Origin: the human T2T-CHM13v2.0 reference genome, Homo sapiens
NCBI RefSeq assembly: GCF_009914755.1
Contig: NC_060948.1
Strand: one strand, 5' to 3'
DNA length: 64,000 bases
Shown piece by piece: positions 58,565-64,000 of this stretch. Position numbers and translations under genes: made by a program. Within the stretch, counting starts at the first letter, position 1. Every line of letters starts with the position of its first letter. The notes beneath the pieces are model-generated. The model did not search any database. It was not told the DNA's origin and was given only the letters and a program-made list of their open reading frames with translations.

Positions 58565-60662
58565 AGATCCATATTTTTTAAATGAAAAAAAATTTCAAAG
58601 GTACTCTGCTTGGTACAATAATCAAATGTATAAACTGAGGAATAAAACATAACCATGAAACCTACTTATAACTGCATATGGAAAATACAGAGGATAATTT
58701 TTTAAATAACATATTTTGAAAGCCTTAACTAGTAATTTGAAGAGTTGGCATTTGAAAGGCCAGTATGAATATACCTTCAAAGCAGCAACACAGGTTCCCC
58801 ATGAGAAAAAGCAAACACAGGGAAAATAAAAACACAAAGGTTCAATCTCTTCTGACCTTTGAAAGACACAGCACAGACAGTGGTCCTTAGGACGAAGAGC
58901 AGGAGACCCCTAATTCCGTCACCATGGCGATAGGGCATAAATATTGCTGGGTGAGGGCACAATCCACATTGTGAGGTCCAACTGCTGCCAGGAAGACAGG
59001 AGTGCTTTTACATAGACCGAAAGGTCATTGAAGGCTCAGAGTTTTGTTTCAAGAACTGAATCCCAAGCCCACACGTTATTAGGCTGCGCTTCTTAAAACA
59101 AGTTATGAGATGGGAAAAAGGGCACCCACACACATACGTATACATTATGTATATAATAATATACAGTGTCATATATATAATATATATAACCTATTTATAA
59201 TATAGTTTTACATCCTGCATCTTATGTTATTTATATTGTATAAAATATAATAATTGATAATATATAAGTTTTATAATTATACAATATGACATATAGTATA
59301 TATTATAATTTATGACATATATAATATATGTTATATATCATATATAGAATATATTATACGGTTAATATACGTATTAAATATAAATTATACATTATATATA
59401 TTATATATAATATATCTGTTATATATAATACACATTATGCATAATATATATATTATGTCTATGTTATATATAGTATAAAACAACATATAATAATATATAA
59501 TTGTATATATAAAATGCGACATATAATATATATTATATTTTATAACATATGTAATATATATTATATATAATACCTTGTATGTATAATACCTATATTAAAT
59601 ATATATTATATGACTATGTTATTAATTACATGTCACATGTGTTATATATTATATATTTTACATAGAATATACCGGTTACATCCAATATATACTATGTTAC
59701 CTATAATGTATAATTTATTACATGTAAAATAAAGAATGCAATATATTATGTATAATTTATAATATACCATATGTGGAATGTGATATATATAACATATAAT
59801 ATATGATATATGATATACAGTATATGATATATAACATACAATATATGATTCCTAATATATATGGTATACAATATATATTTTATGATATGTATTCTATATG
59901 TTTTATATTCTGTTATATATAACTATTTGAAATTATATATAACTGTATAATATTTTATGTAAATATGTAATATAATATATATAACTGTATAATATATTAT
60001 ATATAACTATATATTATGTTATATATACTTTTATAACATAATTTACATAAAATATCATAATATAATATATATTATATTATTTCATATTACATAATATATA
60101 TTACATATCACCCAATATAACTAACATACATAATATTATAATATAGATTATATTGTGTTATATTAAATATCATATATATCATGTATCATATATTCTATAA
60201 TATATATTACACATTATATAATATGTATGTTGTCTATTATGTGATATATATAACTATATATATAATTATGTTTTTATACATATAACTAGATAAACATGTA
60301 ATTCTACATATTTTCATTTATAATATGTAGAATTATATAATCATATATAATTATTTATATTCTATAAAAAATTTTATCATTATATAAATTATAATATATA
60401 AAAATTATAATATGTACTACAAATATATATATTATATATCATATATGATATAGTACCTTTGTTATATATCATAATACATATAAATGTGTATTATGTTATC
60501 TATAATTATATATTTTCATATATAAGATGTATAATATGTATCATATATTATATATGTTATGTAATATATATAGTATATATAAGATGACACAGGATAAATA
60601 TTATATACTATGACATATAAAATATATGAGGTTATATGTTACATATAAGGCATAGCACATAA

Positions 60663-60977
<315 letters not shown>

Positions 60978-63082
60978 AGATCCATATTTTTTAAATGAAA
61001 AAAAATTTCAAAGGTACTCTGCTTGGTACAATAATCAAATGTATAAACTGAGGAATAAAACATAACCATGAAACCTACTTATAACTGCATATGGAAAATA
61101 CAGAGGATAATTTTTTAAATAACATATTTTGAAAGCCTTAACTAGTAATTTGAAGAGTTGGCATTTGAAAGGCCAGTATGAATATATCTTCAAAGCAGCA
61201 ACACAGGTTCCCCATGAGAAAAAGCAAACACAGGGAAAATAAAACCATAAAGGTTCAATCTCTTCTGACCTTTGAAAGACACAGCACAGACAGTGGTCCT
61301 TAGGACGAAGAGCAGGAGACCCCTAATTCCGTCACCATGGCGATAGGGCATAAACATTGCTGGGTGAGGGCACAATCCACATTGTGAGGTCCAACTGCTG
61401 CCAGGAAGACAGGAGTGCTTTTACATAGACCGAAAGGTCATTGAAGGCTCAGAGTTTTGTTTCAAGAACTGAATCCCAAACCCACACGTTATTAGGCTGC
61501 GCTTCTTAAAACAAGTTATGAGATGGGAAAAAGGGCACACAGAAACATACGTATACATTATGTATATAATAATATACAGTGTCATATATATAATATATAT
61601 AACCTATGTATAATATTGTTTTACATCCTGCATCTTATGTTATATATATTGTATAAAATATAATAATTGATAATATATAAGTTTCATAATTATACAATAT
61701 GACATACAGTTTATATTATAATTTATGACATATATAATATATGTTATATATCATATATAGAATATATTATACGGTTAATATACGTATTAAATATAAATTA
61801 TATATTATATATATTATATATAATATATCTGTTATATATAATACTCATTATGCATAATATATATATTATGTCTATGTTATATATACTATAAAACAACATA
61901 TAATAATATATAATTGTATATATAAAATGCGACATATAATATATATTATATTTTATAACATATGTAATATATATTATATATAATACGTTGTATGTATAAT
62001 ACCTATATTAAATATATATTATATGACTATGTTATTAATTACATGTCACATGTGTTATATATTATATATTTTACATAGAATATACCGGTTACATACAATA
62101 TATACTATGTTACCTATAATGTATAATTTATTACATGTAAAATAAAGAATGCAATATATTATGTAAAATTTATAATATACAATATGTGGAATGTGATATA
62201 TATAACATATAATATATGATATATGATATACAGTATATGATATATAACATACAATATATGATTCCTAATATATATGGTATACAATATATATTTTATGATA
62301 TGTATTCTATATGTTTTATATTCTGTTATATATAACTATTTGAAATTATATATAACTGTATAATATTTGATGTAAATATGTAATATAATATATATAACTA
62401 TATAATATATTATATATAACTATATATTATGTTATATTTACTTTTATAACATAATTTACATAAAATATCATAATATAATATATATTATATTATTTCATAT
62501 TACATAATATATATTACATATCACCCAATATAACTAACATACATAATATTATAATATAGATTATATTATGTTATATTAAATATCATATATATCATGTATC
62601 ATATATTCTATAATATATATTACACATTATATAATATGTATGTTGTCTATTATGTGATATATATAACTATATATATAATTATATTTTTATACATATAACT
62701 AGATAAACATGTAATTCTACATATTTTCATTTATAATATGTAGAATTATATAATCATATATAATTATTTATATTCTATAAAAAATTTTATCATTATATAA
62801 ATTATAATATATAAAAATTATAATATGTACTACAAATATATATATTATATATCATATATGATATAGTACCTTTGTTATATATCATAATACATATAAATGT
62901 GTATTATGTTATCTATAATTATATAATTTCATATATAAGATGTATAATATGTATCATATATTATATATGTTATGTAATATATATAGTATATATAAGATGA
63001 CACAGGATAAATATTATATACTATGACATATAAAATATATGAGGTTATATGTTACATATAAGGCATAGCACATAACATGTAA

Positions 63083-63391
<309 letters not shown>

Positions 63392-64000
63392 AGATCCATA
63401 TTTTTTAAATGAAAAAAAATTTCAAAGGTACTCTGCTTGGTACAATAATCAAATGTATAAACTGAGGAATAAAACATAACCATGAAACCTACTTATAACT
63501 GCATATGGAAAATACAGAGGATAATTTTTTAAATAACATATTTTGAAAGCCTTAACTAGTAATTTGAAGAGTTGGCATTTGAAAGGCCAGTATGAATATA
63601 CCTTCAAAGCAGCAACACAGGTTCCCCATGAGAAAAAGCAAACACAGGGAAAATAAAAACACAAAGGTTCAATCTCTTCTGACCTTTGAAAGACACAGCA
63701 CAGACAGTGGTCCTTAGGACGAAGAGCAGGAGACCCCTAATTCCGTCACCATGGCGATAGGGCATAAATATTGCTGGGTGAGGGCACAATCCACATTGTG
63801 AGGTCCAACTGCTGCCAGGAAGACAGGAGTGCTTTTACATAGACCGAAAGGTCATTGAAGGCTCAGAGTTTTGTTTCAAGAACTGAATCCCAAGCCCACA
63901 CGTTATTAGGCTGCGCTTCTTAAAACAAGTTATGAGATGGGAAAAAGGGCACCCACACACATACGTATACATTATGTATATAATAATATACAGTGTCATA

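Overview
The whole 64-kb window is one uninterrupted, head-to-tail tandem array of a ~2.42-kb composite primate satellite. It has 27 copies of the Alu+HSATI core and 26 full periods of 2409-2421 bp. Each unit is a 5'-truncated, minus-strand AluY/Sc-type element (~292 bp), a ~570-bp mixed-sequence HSATI-like segment, and a ~1.55-kb AT-rich low-complexity block. This architecture, the unit length and a predicted ~2.14-kb HaeIII fragment match human DYZ2/HSat1B, most abundant in Yq12 heterochromatin, with related arrays on acrocentric short arms. I see no credible protein-coding gene, RNA gene or CRISPR array, and no evidence of a new biological system; the short ORFs are by-products of the repeat. 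The informative signal is in copy-to-copy variants, read by eye: two interleaved unit subfamilies in alternating blocks with chimeric junction units, an apparent ~16.9-kb (7-unit) duplication offset, a near-perfect 4,827-bp dimer duplication, a homogenised 2,413-bp monomer run and a recurrent 7-bp indel. Units are numbered U1-U27 by their Alu copy.
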